This document shows, piece after piece, positions 26,978 to 39,577 of a stretch of DNA of 64,000 nt. The DNA lies in assembly GCF_006345805.1 (NCBI RefSeq), contig NC_042997.1, forward strand, positions 182,528,001-182,592,000, read 5' to 3'. Below the pieces are notes generated by a model that saw only the letters and a list, made by a program, of their open reading frames with translations, did not search any database and was not told where the DNA came from. The first letter of the stretch is position 1; each line of letters starts with the position of its first letter. Position numbers and translations under genes: made by a program. Origin of the DNA: Octopus sinensis. Taxonomy: Eukaryota.

Positions 26978-27010
26978 TTCTCCCTCTCCCCCTCTCTTTC
27001 TCTCCCCTCC

Positions 27011-27042
<32 letters not shown>
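26978..27042. repeat. (CT)n/(CA)n compound microsatellite
   Basis: Read directly from the sequence. Confidence 0.9.
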
Positions 27043-29411
27043 GTCATTGGACTGCAGGTATCCTAAGCACCACCTTCAAGTTTAGGTTTTGGTATCATAT
27101 TAAACTCAGTACTTATTTCATCAACATCTACTTATCAAATTGCTAAGTTATCTTTTAACTTAAAGGAAACAACTCAACACATAGGCATAGCCAGATGCCC
27201 TTTCTATCACCAATCCTTACTTGTTTTCAAGTTATTCTATAAATCTTTGAAAGCACAGAGCCAGCAGCAGATTTTTTTATAGAAAAATAAAACTTCACTG
27301 CTTGCATCTTGGTGCTTTTTCAAGCAAAGCATGCATGTTGTAAATATTTATTAGGCACACACACACACACACACACACACAATTGCATAATGTATGAACT
27401 AGAGGTCATTTTTAAAGAAAACGATGAATTAGTTTACAAATTTTTAAATTCCTTATTCAGCTGCCTTTCATGACTTGATAAATTTTTAAGGATCTATTTG
27501 CAAAGAATATATATTTGTAAATGTTTATGATTTAATTAATGTTTTTCCAAATGTATTAAATGTCTAATTTGTTTCTTCCACCAATTAAAAACAAATGAAA
27601 ATCTTTTTGCATATTAATTTTCCTAAATTTCTGAAACTTGGTCATTAAATAGAATGAAAAAGTTTATCAGTTTAGCATTGCATCTAATGAATATTTTTCA
27701 TTTTGGCTATGTAGCTAAAATATTTACAAGGGTGTACTTTGTTTGTAAAGCATCTTTAGAAATTGTCTGATTTTAGGTCATCAAAATATTAGAAACTGAT
27801 GACTCTGGTAAGATAGATAGTGTCTATCATGATCAAATATGGGGAATATCTGTGTACCATGAGCTTAACATGGAAAGAGATGTTTTACTTTAGTCTCTAC
27901 ATGCAGACTCTAAATAGATGTGCACTCTAGTGAACATTTTATTACTAGAGAATTCTAGTCTGAGGATGATTGCTGGAACAACTTCTCAATGCTGAACTCA
28001 ATACTGCAGGGGACAACTTTATAGTGTTGTATATGTGTTGTGAACACAATCACCAGCCTATCTGTACTCTATATATCACTTTCTGATGATTGGTGGCTCT
28101 AAAATTATATGTACTTATCTACCAGGGCTGCAATATTTGATTGACATGTCAACAGTTATCTGTTTATTTTTCAAGAGTATCAAAGTTATACTCTTGAAAT
28201 TTTATTATTCACATACATGAATGTACACACATATAGTTAACAAAAAGAATTAGTTTGATAAAAATCAAACTTTAAAGTTAATGAGTAGATAATGCTTGAT
28301 GACTATTTCATATTTGATAAATTGCTTGAATACATAAGAGTTCAAAGAAATCAATCATTATCAACTAAAAAGCATACATAAGGCAACATTCTCTCTTAGT
28401 TTGTAAATTTCAATAAGTTCATGTCATCATCAGAAGAGAATCCTAGCATTTTGAGACAAACCTAGCATTGAGAATATGTGTGTTAGGAGAAGAGATAAGG
28501 AGGAAGATAAGATGAAAGACTTGGTAGCTCAGTGGCTTGAGTGACAAAAGTGAAAAGTGAAGCAGGGCAACATTATCACTCAGGACACTGACTTATTATC
28601 TAACTCTCTTTTTACTTAGGAGTGGAGGGTAAGGAGGAAGAAAGATAACTAAAGTATATATTTTCAGTATTACCTTAAAAACATTTTTTCTCTCATGAAG
28701 TGTTTTGCCCAAAACATCAGGTTACTATTCTCCTTGTGACATAGGAACTTCACTAAATGTTTGTTTCTTTTTACATTCTATGAAGACTATCTTTAAAGCA
28801 TTTTATTACTTACTTTTTTACTTTGTACTAGCATTACTGGAGTTAGTTTTATAAATTTTGATAATTCCATAATACTTGTTTCATAGTTGGAGGTTGTTTG
28901 TCCTACAAACCAATCAACAGCAAATGGGGAATAACATCTATATCCAGTTATGCATACTTTTTCAATAGACAAACACTATAGATGTAGAAAGCTTTGAAAA
29001 TTTAAGCATTATGTATTAAATTTTTTTTAATAGAAATTTTAAACATTGTGTCCAATATTGGCCAAAGAAATTACTCCTCATTTTCTATGGAACTGAGTGA
29101 AGTAAGTAATGTATTCAAGTCATGTGCATAGCCTCTTCCTCCAGCCAAACCAATAAAAGTTTGTTAAAGTCGTTAAAGTTTAGTCCCAGGTCAGATCTAT
29201 GGTTAGAGGCATTCAAGCCATGACCATCTCATTACTGTTTTATGACTAGTGTTGGTTTGTTTACATCTCTGTAACTTAGCAGTATTGCTAAAGAAATTGA
29301 TAGAATAAGTACCAGACTTAACAATAAGTACTGGAGTCAATGTAATCAACTTACCCCTTCCCCAAAGTTGCTGGCCTTGTCCCAAAATTTGAAACCAATA
29401 TTACTGAAATT

Positions 29412-29635
29412 TAAGGTGGCGAGCTGGCAGAATTGTTAGCATGACGGGCTAAATGCTTTATGGCATTTCATCCATCTTTACATTCTGAGTTCAAATTCCT
29501 CCATGGTTGACTTTACTCTTCATCCTTTTAGGGTCGATAAAATAAGTACCAGTTGAGCACTAGGATCAATGTAATTGACTTATTCTTCTTACGAAATAAC
29601 TGACCTTGTGTCAAAATACGAAACTACTATTACTG
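29412..29635 (+). mobile_element. tRNA-derived SINE (family C) with conserved central domain
   Basis: Head AAGGTGGCGAGCTGGCAGAATTG..GAGTTCAAATTCC (A/B-box-like), then CTTCATCCTTTTAGGGTCGATAAAATAAGTACCAG. Related relics lie at about 7680-8160, 29190-29400, 41750-42070 and 63880-63990. Confidence 0.75.
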
Positions 29636-29786
29636 TGAAATTAATTTTTATTGTTTTCTCTTCAAATAGCAAATCATTTGAATCAAAAAAAAAAGTTTAG
29701 ACATAAGCATCAAATTGAGATAGAATAAGGCCCATTCGTGAACCTGCTTTTCTTCAGTGTCTCAAACTGGTGTTTGTTGTGCACAT

Positions 29787-30166
29787 AGGCACAGGCATGG
29801 CTGTATGGTAAGACGTTTGCCTCCTAACCACAAGGTTCCGGGTTCAGTCCCACTGTGTGGCACATTGGGCAAGTGTCTTCTACTATAGCTTCAGGCCTAC
29901 CAAAGCCTTGTGAGTGGATTTGGTAGATGGAAACTGAAAAAAGCCTATCGCATATGTGTGTTTGTGCATACACACCCCTCCACCGCTTGACAGCTGGTGT
30001 CGTTGTGTTTATGTGCCCATAACTTCGCGATTCGGCAAAAAAGACTGATAGAGTAAGTACTAAGCTTAAAAAGCAAGTACTGGAGTCGATTCATTCAACT
30101 AAAAATTCTTCAAGACGGTGCTCCAGCATGGTCGCAGTCAAATAACTGAAACAAGTAAAAGAATAA
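29787..30166 (+). mobile_element. Full-length tRNA-derived SINE (family B, octopus OR-like)
   Basis: Head AGGCACAGGCATGGCTGTATGGTAAG..GGTTCAGTCCCACTG, central TTGGGCAAGTGTCTTCTACTATAGC, a microsatellite linker and tail ACTGAAACAAGTAAAAGAATAAG. Confidence 0.85.
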
Positions 30167-31204
30167 GGGGAAATGAAAATTTCCAAGATAATTTACGCTC
30201 TGTATTAGTTATCTCCCTTGGAGATGGTATCGCGTTTTGAACACTAAGGCAACAAAACTTGATTATTAATGCGAATTACTTGTTATATTCTGTTTTCGCC
30301 TGAAGTATCTTGAAACAAAGACAGCGATATTTAAAACATAAAAATAACATTTAGATAAATCTTGTTCTATTTAATAAATCTACAACTTAAAGAGAGTATC
30401 AAATAGTAAATAGGGAGTTACTTAAATGCTTAAAGTTATGCTCTTAGAGTTACTCGTCCTGACGAGTAATGTTTGGAATATACTTTGCCACTATAGGTAA
30501 CATTGCGTAATTTTACATAGATACACAATCATAATTACTTCTACTTTGATTTTAAAAAAATTAACTTCACTTATAAGACAAATAATAATAAAATTTATAC
30601 TAACGTCCAAAAATAGAATTAAATAACACAAATTTTCTCATTCGTATATTTGCAATAAATATACATTATCAATACTAATTAACTATCAATAGCAATAAAA
30701 TTGTATTACCCTTCTGATAATGAAAAGCGGATACGGGATTTTACAGTTTCCACTATATGTTCATACTTGAATTGAGTTCAAATGTTGGTTGCCTGACTGC
30801 GATCTGGATTTACATAATAGTTTAGCGTAGGAATTTAATGTTGCAATTGTTTTCTTCTATGTATATCTGTATATTGAGTAATTCTATGTGTGACATTTTT
30901 AGCACGATCAAGCGACTAACAATGAGTATTATTAATATTGATAAGGATATGTATCATATACACACGCGCACACAACATTAAAGAGCGATGGAATAATTTT
31001 AAGTCGTTGTTAATAACAATAATAATAATAAAGAATAATTTAAAGTGTCAATTGACTCGACACACACAAGTCGTGGGGTGGTGATTTCAGCCACTCAGAG
31101 AGTAGTATATGGTGACTATACGCAACTGTGCTACCGTGTTGAACCCATTGCACTGGTATCAGTATTATTCTAAAATAAACATACAAGCCTTGGGCTATTT
31201 CTAT

Positions 31205-31329
31205 ACATACACGCAAGCATGTATCTGACTCATACACTGTTTACTTCCCAGACATTTGTACATTAACGCACATGCTTTATACGCACTTTTGACAAGTTGT
31301 TGTGCATCTGAGCACTGTATACAATAATT

Positions 31330-31370
<41 letters not shown>
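31205..31370 (+). mobile_element. CR1-type LINE 3' UTR with (ATT)n tail
   Basis: CTGAGCACTGTATACAATAATTTCATT(ATT)n is the same tail as the minus-strand copy at 40441-40680. Confidence 0.75.
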
Positions 31371-31506
31371 ATATTTGAATCTGACTTAATCTTAGTTTTT
31401 AGTGTGTCTTATTAGATTTTGAAACACAACTACAAAATCAAAAACACAATTACAAAATCAAAAATCAAAATCGATCAACATGAATGGAAATTGTCGCTGT
31501 GATTCA

Positions 31507-31764
31507 GTGTTGGTGGCACATAAGAGAACCATCCAAACGTGGCCGTTGCCAGTGCCGCCCTGACTGGCTTCCGTGCCGGTGGCACGTAAAAAGCACCCGC
31601 TACACTCATGGAGTGGTTGGCGTTAGGAAGGGCATCCAGCCGTAGAAACATTGCCAGATCAGACTGGGCCTGGTGCAGCCTTCTGGCTTCCCAGACCCCA
31701 GTTGCACCGTCTAACCCATGCCAGCATGGAAAGCAGACGCTAAACGATGATGATGATGATGATG
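31507..31764 (+). mobile_element. Family A SINE copy with two array units
   Basis: Cores at about 31511 and 31578; tail AGACGCTAAAC(GAT)n. Confidence 0.85.
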
Positions 31765-32515
31765 AACTAGATTATATCATGAAACTGTAAACAACAATTA
31801 TCATAAAAATAATCATTTTAGCTAATGACTTTTCCACGAATTTATACTTGGAATTTCTCGCCATGAAAACGAATACGGGGTGTGTATGTGCTTGTGGAAT
31901 GTCGCTCATCCTTTGTTCCTCATTTTTGCCTCTCATATTATCAGGCAGCCTGCTCAAATACCATATCATGCATGATACAGCTACCTGTGTGGTGTACATA
32001 GCTGTTTCAGAATAACTGCCACAACAGTTCGTAGCAGGAAACTGAGAAATTAGTTTGCCTTTATAATCCAAGGTTATATTATTGAGCTTGAATTTACCGC
32101 TTTAATTGTATGTGACATATTCATCTAGCTCATCCAAAATAAACATGTGTATTTAAGAACTCACAAACTTTTACATTGATTTTTTTCGTTTATTTTATTT
32201 ACTATAAAGTATCAAAATAAAAAAAGGGTATATCAGCGACTAGATAAAAGGCATGTTGAAAGATTTTGACAATAAGGGGGAAATTCATGCAACAGGTTCT
32301 TTGTATTCTTAAATGGCTAAAATCAAGTATCTTCGTTTGAAATATATATATATATATATATATATAAGTAGACAAATTAATTATCTTATTACGGATAATT
32401 CGAAAGATAACCGATACCTGGGTAGCAAAATTCACAACAGAAAGGGCACGGTTGAAGTTACGACCATAGGGCATAAAATCCGTGCCTTAGTGCGGAAATT
32501 TGAAGTTTTATATAT

Positions 32516-32623
32516 TAAGTATAGGAAGAATGGAGCTGAACGAAGATTTAACAAAATTCCTTTATTTTATTTTCATTTAAAGGAATTTTGTTAAATCTTC
32601 GTTCAGCTCCATTCTTTCCTATA

Positions 32624-32627
<4 letters not shown>
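32516..32627. repeat. Long inverted repeat (about 49-bp stem, 13-nt loop) abutting (TA)n
   Basis: TAAGTATAGGAAGAATGGAGCTGAACGAAGATTTAACAAAATTCCTTTA and its reverse complement, with a single 1-nt indel. Confidence 0.95.
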
Positions 32628-32682
<55 letters not shown>

Positions 32683-33123
32683 ATCGGGTTATTTTTAATA
32701 GATGTGATTTTTCCTCCAAACTTCCTATTTTATTACCAACAACTACAGCAAGAGTACTAAAGTACTCTTCATTGTTACCTTAGGTCAGGATTCATTCCCT
32801 TTAACGTTAAATGTTAACAGTAGAGATAATGTCTGCAAAAGTTATCTCCCCTGTCATTCGCTTGACTTGTAAAATTGATGTCGTTTTCCAAAATGGTTTA
32901 TTCAGTTTTTCTCCCCTTAAATTTAAAGTACAAATAAATTAAATTTGTAGTTTCTTAGTCAATCATTGTATAGCAAATTTCCTTTTTATAATTTTAAGCA
33001 AGAGAATTCATTTTTATTTTCTTTGTATGAGACTAGTCCAGTACGTAAACGTGTAGAGTATAAATACTTTGTGCGTGTATATATATATATATTTGTTTGT
33101 GTGTCTATGTATGTATGTGTGTG

Positions 33124-33189
<66 letters not shown>

Positions 33190-33406
33190 TTTGGTTGTAT
33201 TTACAGATACATAGATCTCAAAACATGAGTATGTATGCACAATCTCTTGTATATCTGATGTTAACAAAATTCATAACTCAGTTTTTCCCATTTTATTTGA
33301 AAATGTATATTCTTCAATCTTTTTAAAGATATGAATATAGAATTAATAAACATTATTTTGCAGAATTTCTAAATGAATGTCTAATGTAATGAATTTTCTA
33401 TTCTAG

Positions 33407-33591
33407 AAAAATCCAGTGGTTCTAAGATAAAAAAGAAACCATCATTCCGAGATGATATTAAGGCAATGATAAAACGAAGACCATCTGCTCCTAGTCAATC
33501 ACCAAAGTCCAAAAGCAAGAGCCTCAACAGAACACACAGTCTCAATGAAGGATCCAAAACTGACAAACATGATAAAGATATTACTATTGAT
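33407..33591 (+). CDS. Internal coding exon, tentatively RAPGEF1/C3G-like N-terminus
   Basis: Acceptor TTTTCTATTCTAG, donor GAT|GTAAGT and an open 185-nt frame: (E)KSSGSKIKKKPSFRDDIKAMIKRRPSAPSQSPKSKSKSLNRTHSLNEGSKTDKHDKDITID. The exon itself is well supported. The identity rests on my recall of the invertebrate C3G RRAKSFK(E/D)DF..SP motif and is unverified. Confidence 0.75.
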
Positions 33592-34383
33592 GTAAGTTGA
33601 TTCTTTAAAACATATTAATCTATTTTAGATTACAGGATAATGGTGTTTCCAAGTTATTTTTTTAAGATTTGTTTACAGATGATTTAAGGAATATAATTGA
33701 TATGTTGTGTAGCTATTAAAATTCAATAAGCTATACTGTCGTGTACAAGGTATTTAATGAAATATGTTGAATTTTAAAATTCTGTGATAAGCTTGCAGAT
33801 TTACAATGATTCTAATGGTGCATGAAAACTATATAATCTGAATAACTAACCCATACCATACTATTGATATTCACTGAAGTTAGATTGCTTTTGCTCTCTG
33901 TGCTGTTGAAATCATTCTCTATAGAAAAAGAAATCCAAGTAATTTATGATTTAGCTACCTTATAAATGTTTTGTAATATTTTATCAAGGTACCTTCCATC
34001 GTCAACTATCATAGATAATTTCTAACAAAACGTACCCTATAATAGATTTAAGCAAGAAATAATGCTACTGATTTAAATTAAATTCTATAAAACTAAATTG
34101 ATGAAGATTATCATCAACATCATTTTAACACCTACTTTTCCATGCTTGCATGGGTTAGACAAAACAATTGAAGTAAACTTTCTTCACTTAAATGTTATTT
34201 CTTTGCCAATCTGTTTCCATGCAAAGTAAAGATTTTGTTAGTCCTTTGAACAAAAATAAGACAGTGACCAGAGAAGATTACAAACAAATTACACTGCTTG
34301 TACAAGTGTGGTGTTTGTTTACGATTGGCACATGATGTCAAAACAAAGAGATGTAAATCCAATACACACTCATGTACACACAC

Positions 34384-34431
<48 letters not shown>

Positions 34432-34610
34432 CGCCACTCCGAGAGTGTAGTGGGTGGTTTTTACGTGCCACCGGCACAGGGCCAGTCAGGCAGTACTGAC
34501 AACGACCTTTCTCGAATCTTTTTACACATGCCACCGGCACAGTTGCCAGTAAGGCGACGCTGGTAATGATCACGCTCGAATGGTTCCTTTTACGTGCCAC
34601 TGACACAAAG
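34432..34610 (-). mobile_element. Family A SINE array segment next to (TA)n
   Basis: Three TTTTAC(G/A)..TGCCAC cores; same subfamily as 8178-8522. The tail side is replaced by (TA)n. Confidence 0.8.
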
Positions 34611-34976
34611 TGATGAGGTCTCGTCCCGTTTCTCCAAGGTCTGTTAGTACCACAAGAAAATCCACCTGGTACACACTGTAAAGTGGTTGGTATCCAGGCC
34701 AAATAACGCAAATGAACACTTTCAGAATAGCAGCTTCCGAAGGGAAGCAACTCTGACTTTGACACCCAGTCCAACCTATGCTAGCATGCGTTGGGTCAAC
34801 AAATATTTGTTACTGAGGTCTTATTTTACAGTTGTATGGCTTTCATATCATTGACCATAACTATTTTTCAAATAGGGTTTTTTTGCGGGTGGGTGGGGGT
34901 TTATCCTACACACTTTCAATATTGCACAACTACCAGCTGATCAAGCCTATAGAGTAATAAGTTAATGTTATCTATA

Positions 34977-35191
34977 CTCTCTTTTTACTCTTTTACTTGT
35001 TTCAGTCATTTGACTGCGGCCATGCTGGAGCACCGCCTTTAATCGAGCAACTCGACCCCGGGACTTATTCTTTGTAAGCCCAGTACTTATTCTATTGGTC
35101 TCTTTGCCGAACTGCTAAGTGACGGGGACGTAAACACACCAGCATCGGTTGTCAAGCAATGCTAGGGGGACAAACACAGACACACAAACAT

Positions 35192-35232
<41 letters not shown>

Positions 35233-35398
35233 TACGACAGGCTTCTTTCAGTTTCCGTCTACCAAATCCACTCACAAGGCATTGGTCGGCCTGAGGCTAT
35301 AGTAGAAGACACTTGCCCAAGATGCCACGCAGTGGGACTGAACCCGGAACCATGTGGTTGGTAAGCAAGCTACTTACCACACAGCCACTCCTGCGCCT
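34977..35398 (-). mobile_element. Young full-length family B SINE
   Basis: Reverse complement begins AGGCGCAGGAGTGGCTGTGTGGTAAG and retains many CpGs. TATCTAT at 34969-34975 and 35400-35406 may be a TSD. Confidence 0.9.
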
Positions 35399-36449
35399 AT
35401 ATCTATTTTCTTTTCTTAATTTCTTTCTTTTTAAATATTTCAACGGCAATAAACTTTAGAAAGATTAGTTCTTTTTTTTTTTAATGGAATCTGTTTACCA
35501 TTATACTTTTGAATACGGACATTGATTTGCAAACTAATATTGATTTGCTTGTATAATTTGCACAATACCCTACTATTTTAATTGTGTTTCACCACGACAA
35601 ATTAATTTGGAAAAATAAATTCAGTGTGTTATTATTAAGTTTAGATTTATTTTATAAACAGTCCGCCAAAATACAATGGAATATATAATTGATTCTGACT
35701 ACCAGAGTTTATGGAAGTGAATTACACTGGTTCTTAAATCAATAACAAAACTGCTAACAATATTAGCATGAATTAAACATATCTAGCAATGATATAAAAT
35801 TTAATAGATAAAGAATCTGTTAGTTTTCATTAAGTATGTATAGAATTATGATGGATTAAAACAATGTTTAATTTGATATCTGGTATAGACATTTATGTCC
35901 AAACACACAATTTTTCTTTTTGTGAAATGATTTCAAAGTGTTTATCGTGTAGTGTGTAATGGTAAAGAAAAATGGTTGCAATTTACTTTAATACAGACAT
36001 AACGACGAATGCTTTTTTTTAATGAGATTACATGTATTTTCATCATTAAAACTACTTGCCTATTCTTATGATTGATATATATGCTGAGACACACATATAC
36101 TCAAACACACACACATGTATATAATGTAGTTGTAGATAGATATAGGATATAGATATATTCAACAGGCTTCTTTATGTCTCCATCTACAAAAATCACTCAC
36201 AATCCTGGGCTATAGTAGAAAACTGAAACTGAAACCTTGTGGTTGGAAAATAAACTTCTTAATCTCAGAGCAGTGGCTGATACATACCTGCTTACACATC
36301 TTTATCTTCTTTCCAGCTACTCCTACCCACGCTTATATAATATAGGGTAGCTATGTATCTCTTCTATTGTGAGATATCTGTGCTTATCCCTCTATCATAC
36401 TCTAGCATCTTAATACCTGGTATAAAACCCTTCTGTTGTAGCCCCACTC

Positions 36450-36990
36450 AGTAGAAATAGCTTCTTTTCTTTTGTCTTGCAAGTTACTTGGTGACCTCAC
36501 TAGTGCTGGTGTCAGGAAAAAATGCACCCAGTACACTCTGTAAAATGGTTGGGATTAGATAAGGCATCCAGGCATAGAAACCATGCCAAATCATGGATCC
36601 TGTCAGACCAGCCAAGCCATGCCAGCATGGAAAACCCTCAAAGTAATTAGCACTTTGTGAGTGGATTCAGTTAATAGAGACCTAAAAAAAAAAAGCCTTT
36701 GCCATTGCTACAATGAAATGCACCTAGTGCACAATGTAGAACGATTGGCAACCAATTAGAGAAAATGTCAGGTTGACATTTTCTCTTTTTAGCTCTGTCT
36801 CATCAAGTTCACAACTACCTCTGTATTACTAGTGCCATAATAAAATGGGCCCAGTATTTTCTGTGAAGATTTTGGTGAAAGAATGGGTTTCCAGCTGTAA
36901 AAACCAAATCAAGTTGGCTCCCAACAGAAGCTGATTCAAGTCATGGCAACCTGCCTGCATGGAAAACAGATGTAAAAAGTGTTAATGCAT
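36450..36990 (+). mobile_element. Two tandem decayed family A-related SINE copies
   Basis: GGTGACCTCACTAGTGCTGGTG..GCACCCAGTACACTCTGTAAA..GCATGGAAAA appears twice in degenerate form. Confidence 0.65.
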
Positions 36991-38089
36991 GTATCATCAT
37001 CATCATTTTAACACTCACTTCTCCATGCATAGGTTAGACAGCCTATTGAGGCAGATTTTCTATGGTTGGATGTCCTTTTTCTCACCAACCTTCACCTGTT
37101 TCCAAGCAGGTAATATTTGCCCACGATTAGATATGTTCTTACAGAATATTGGTAATGAATGATGCTACTTGTATGACAGTGACAATCATTCTTCAACTGT
37201 TATGCATATCAAATCAAACACATGCACACACACGATGGGCTTCTTTCAGTTTCCAACTGCCAAATTTATAAACAAGGCATTTGTCAGTCCTGGACTATAG
37301 TAGACAACACTTGTGCAAGGTACCACACAGCATGACTGAACATGAAACTATATGGTCAGGAAGCTGACTCCTTACCACACAGCCACACCTATGCCTCTGT
37401 GTGTGTGTAAGCTTCCTTACCAGTCTCTCACAGTCTCTAATAGCTTGTACCACACTTCCACTAATTGTTTTTTAGGCACCCATATAGTTGTGACAAGACC
37501 TTGGCTCTTCACTTTTGACCCAGAGGGGCTTTAGAGATGGGTGAAGGATGGTGTCAATAAAGTAAAGGCAAGGAAAGAGATTAGTGATTAATAGTATAGG
37601 TAGATAAAGGGAAGCTTACATGGTGGGTGACAACAAAAATGACCCTGGGATGAAGTAGTTACTGGCAGTACAGAAAGGTTGAAGGTAAAGTGTATTGGTT
37701 GCAAAAAAGTCTGATGCAGTCTTTTATAGATAAATCTGGTGAGAAGTGAGAGAGAGGTAATGATGAAGATGATGGTAGGGGATTAATGTGGTTAGGTCTC
37801 AAAATGTTATGCAAACAGCATGGATATGGAGAGATGAGATATGGAGCAATGAGTGTTAGAGAGATGATGTGCTAGTGACTGTGAGAGAGGCAGGGGTGGT
37901 TGGGGGAATAGATGTATAGTTGACAGGATATTCACAAACACACACACACACACACATTGATCCTAGCTTCAATTACTGCCCCATTTTTCATGTATGTTTC
38001 ACCATGCTTGCATGAGTGGTCAGGTTTTCTCCAGCACTGCTCAACCACCAATTAACATGGTCCTTTGTCATCTCATACATAATTACACA

Positions 38090-38121
<32 letters not shown>

Positions 38122-39411
38122 AGATGCAACATCTTTAGATTAGTCTTCACATTTTCATTTTAAGTTTTCTTTAGTCTCTTCCTTCCACAAGTTCCATTCT
38201 CTTCAAGTGATCGAAACTTCTTTATACAGCTGTCATAATCCGTGTACATCACATTCCCACATGTAATGTGCAAGAGATACAACACAGTTGTTTCTCTTTC
38301 ACATTACATGGCTTGGCTGGTCTGACAGGATCCATGATTTGACATGGTTTCTATGCCTGGATGCCTTATTTCTCTTATGCCCAGTTGCTTTGAATCTGTT
38401 TGTACTCAATGCACTCTGCCATTCACCACTCCCTCCCTCCATGCAACTAGTTATTGACACTTTCAACATTGTATACTTCCTTTATTATCCATCACCTTCT
38501 CTCCGCCCTTTGCTCTAATTATCCTGTTTCTATCATCATACTTTGGTTCCTTCGACCCATTCACTCTGGCTCTTCTATCACTACTCTCTCTGTTCCTCTG
38601 AGCAAAAGACATCTTCAAGTAGTTAAGTCTCTTCACAGAGTATAAGACAATCCTACCTGTGCTGGTGCCTGTACACTGTAAATTTTAAACTGATATCAAA
38701 GAGACCTCTTTTATCATATTGAGGACATGGCAATATCTCTCAAGTGTTGGTGCTACAATAAAATGCACCTTGTTCATTCTTTAAAGTGTGGTTTTAAGAA
38801 GTGCATCCAGCCATAGAAACCAAGCGAAACATGAAATGTAGGATCAACATATGGTCCTCTATTTTGCCTAAGAGGCCAGTAACTCCCTGTAAGAATTGTC
38901 TGGATTGAGACAGTGTGTCTAACCTATACCAGCATAGAAATTGGCTGTAAAATTATATATATACACACACACACACACACATGCTCAACACATGTGAAAG
39001 AGAAAGTGTGTAAATCAGCTGGCTGATTAACTAAGATTTAGTCATCAATATATCACAACTGTTAACTACGGACTGTTTTTTTTCTCTCTGCTTCATTTAC
39101 CATAACTACAATCACCTATACTCCTTTCACCCGAACTGGGTGCATGTTTCTTTGTGTGCAGGCTACCTGTCAGGTATCTCTCCCCCTGCCATTCATACTG
39201 TGTTTTACCTCATAAAACTAAGCACTTTTGTGAATCATTTACGAAATCACTACTATAGCACTCTCAAACTTCCTGCACGCCCACGTTTTTTTCTGTGGTT
39301 GCCAATCTATAGAAATTCAAATTGAACATCAACCACATTAATCTCACCAATTTTAGTGGAACTGCAAAGATCATGAGCATTGCTTCTTCACTTTCAATTA
39401 AGTTATGTTAA

Positions 39412-39502
<91 letters not shown>

Positions 39503-39577
39503 GCGAGAAAGAAGCAACAAGAATGGATAGGTTTTTTCGTACTAAAAACCTATCCATTCTTGTTGCTTCTTTCTCGC
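39503..39577. repeat. Perfect inverted repeat (34-bp stem, 7-nt loop) abutting (TA)n
   Basis: GCGAGAAAGAAGCAACAAGAATGGATAGGTTTTT - TCGTACT - AAAAACCTATCCATTCTTGTTGCTTCTTTCTCGC. Confidence 0.95.

Larger units (their letters stand above)
30170..33000 (+). promoter_or_regulatory. CpG-retaining region, probable promoter/5' end of the downstream gene
   Basis: By eye, CG dinucleotides are much more frequent in non-repeat sequence here than in either flank (not computed). The region lies between a putative last exon and the first convincing internal exon. Candidate first coding exon 30469-30496 (MFGIYFATI+G, donor AG|GTAACA) is phase-compatible with 33407. Confidence 0.4.

Noticed and set aside
29412-30166. 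tRNA genes
   Set aside because: The A/B-box-like heads continue into SINE bodies and do not form complete cloverleafs.
32966-35364. ORFs containing YIYIYI / VCVCV runs
   Set aside because: These are translations of (TA)n and (TG)n microsatellites, which lack stops.
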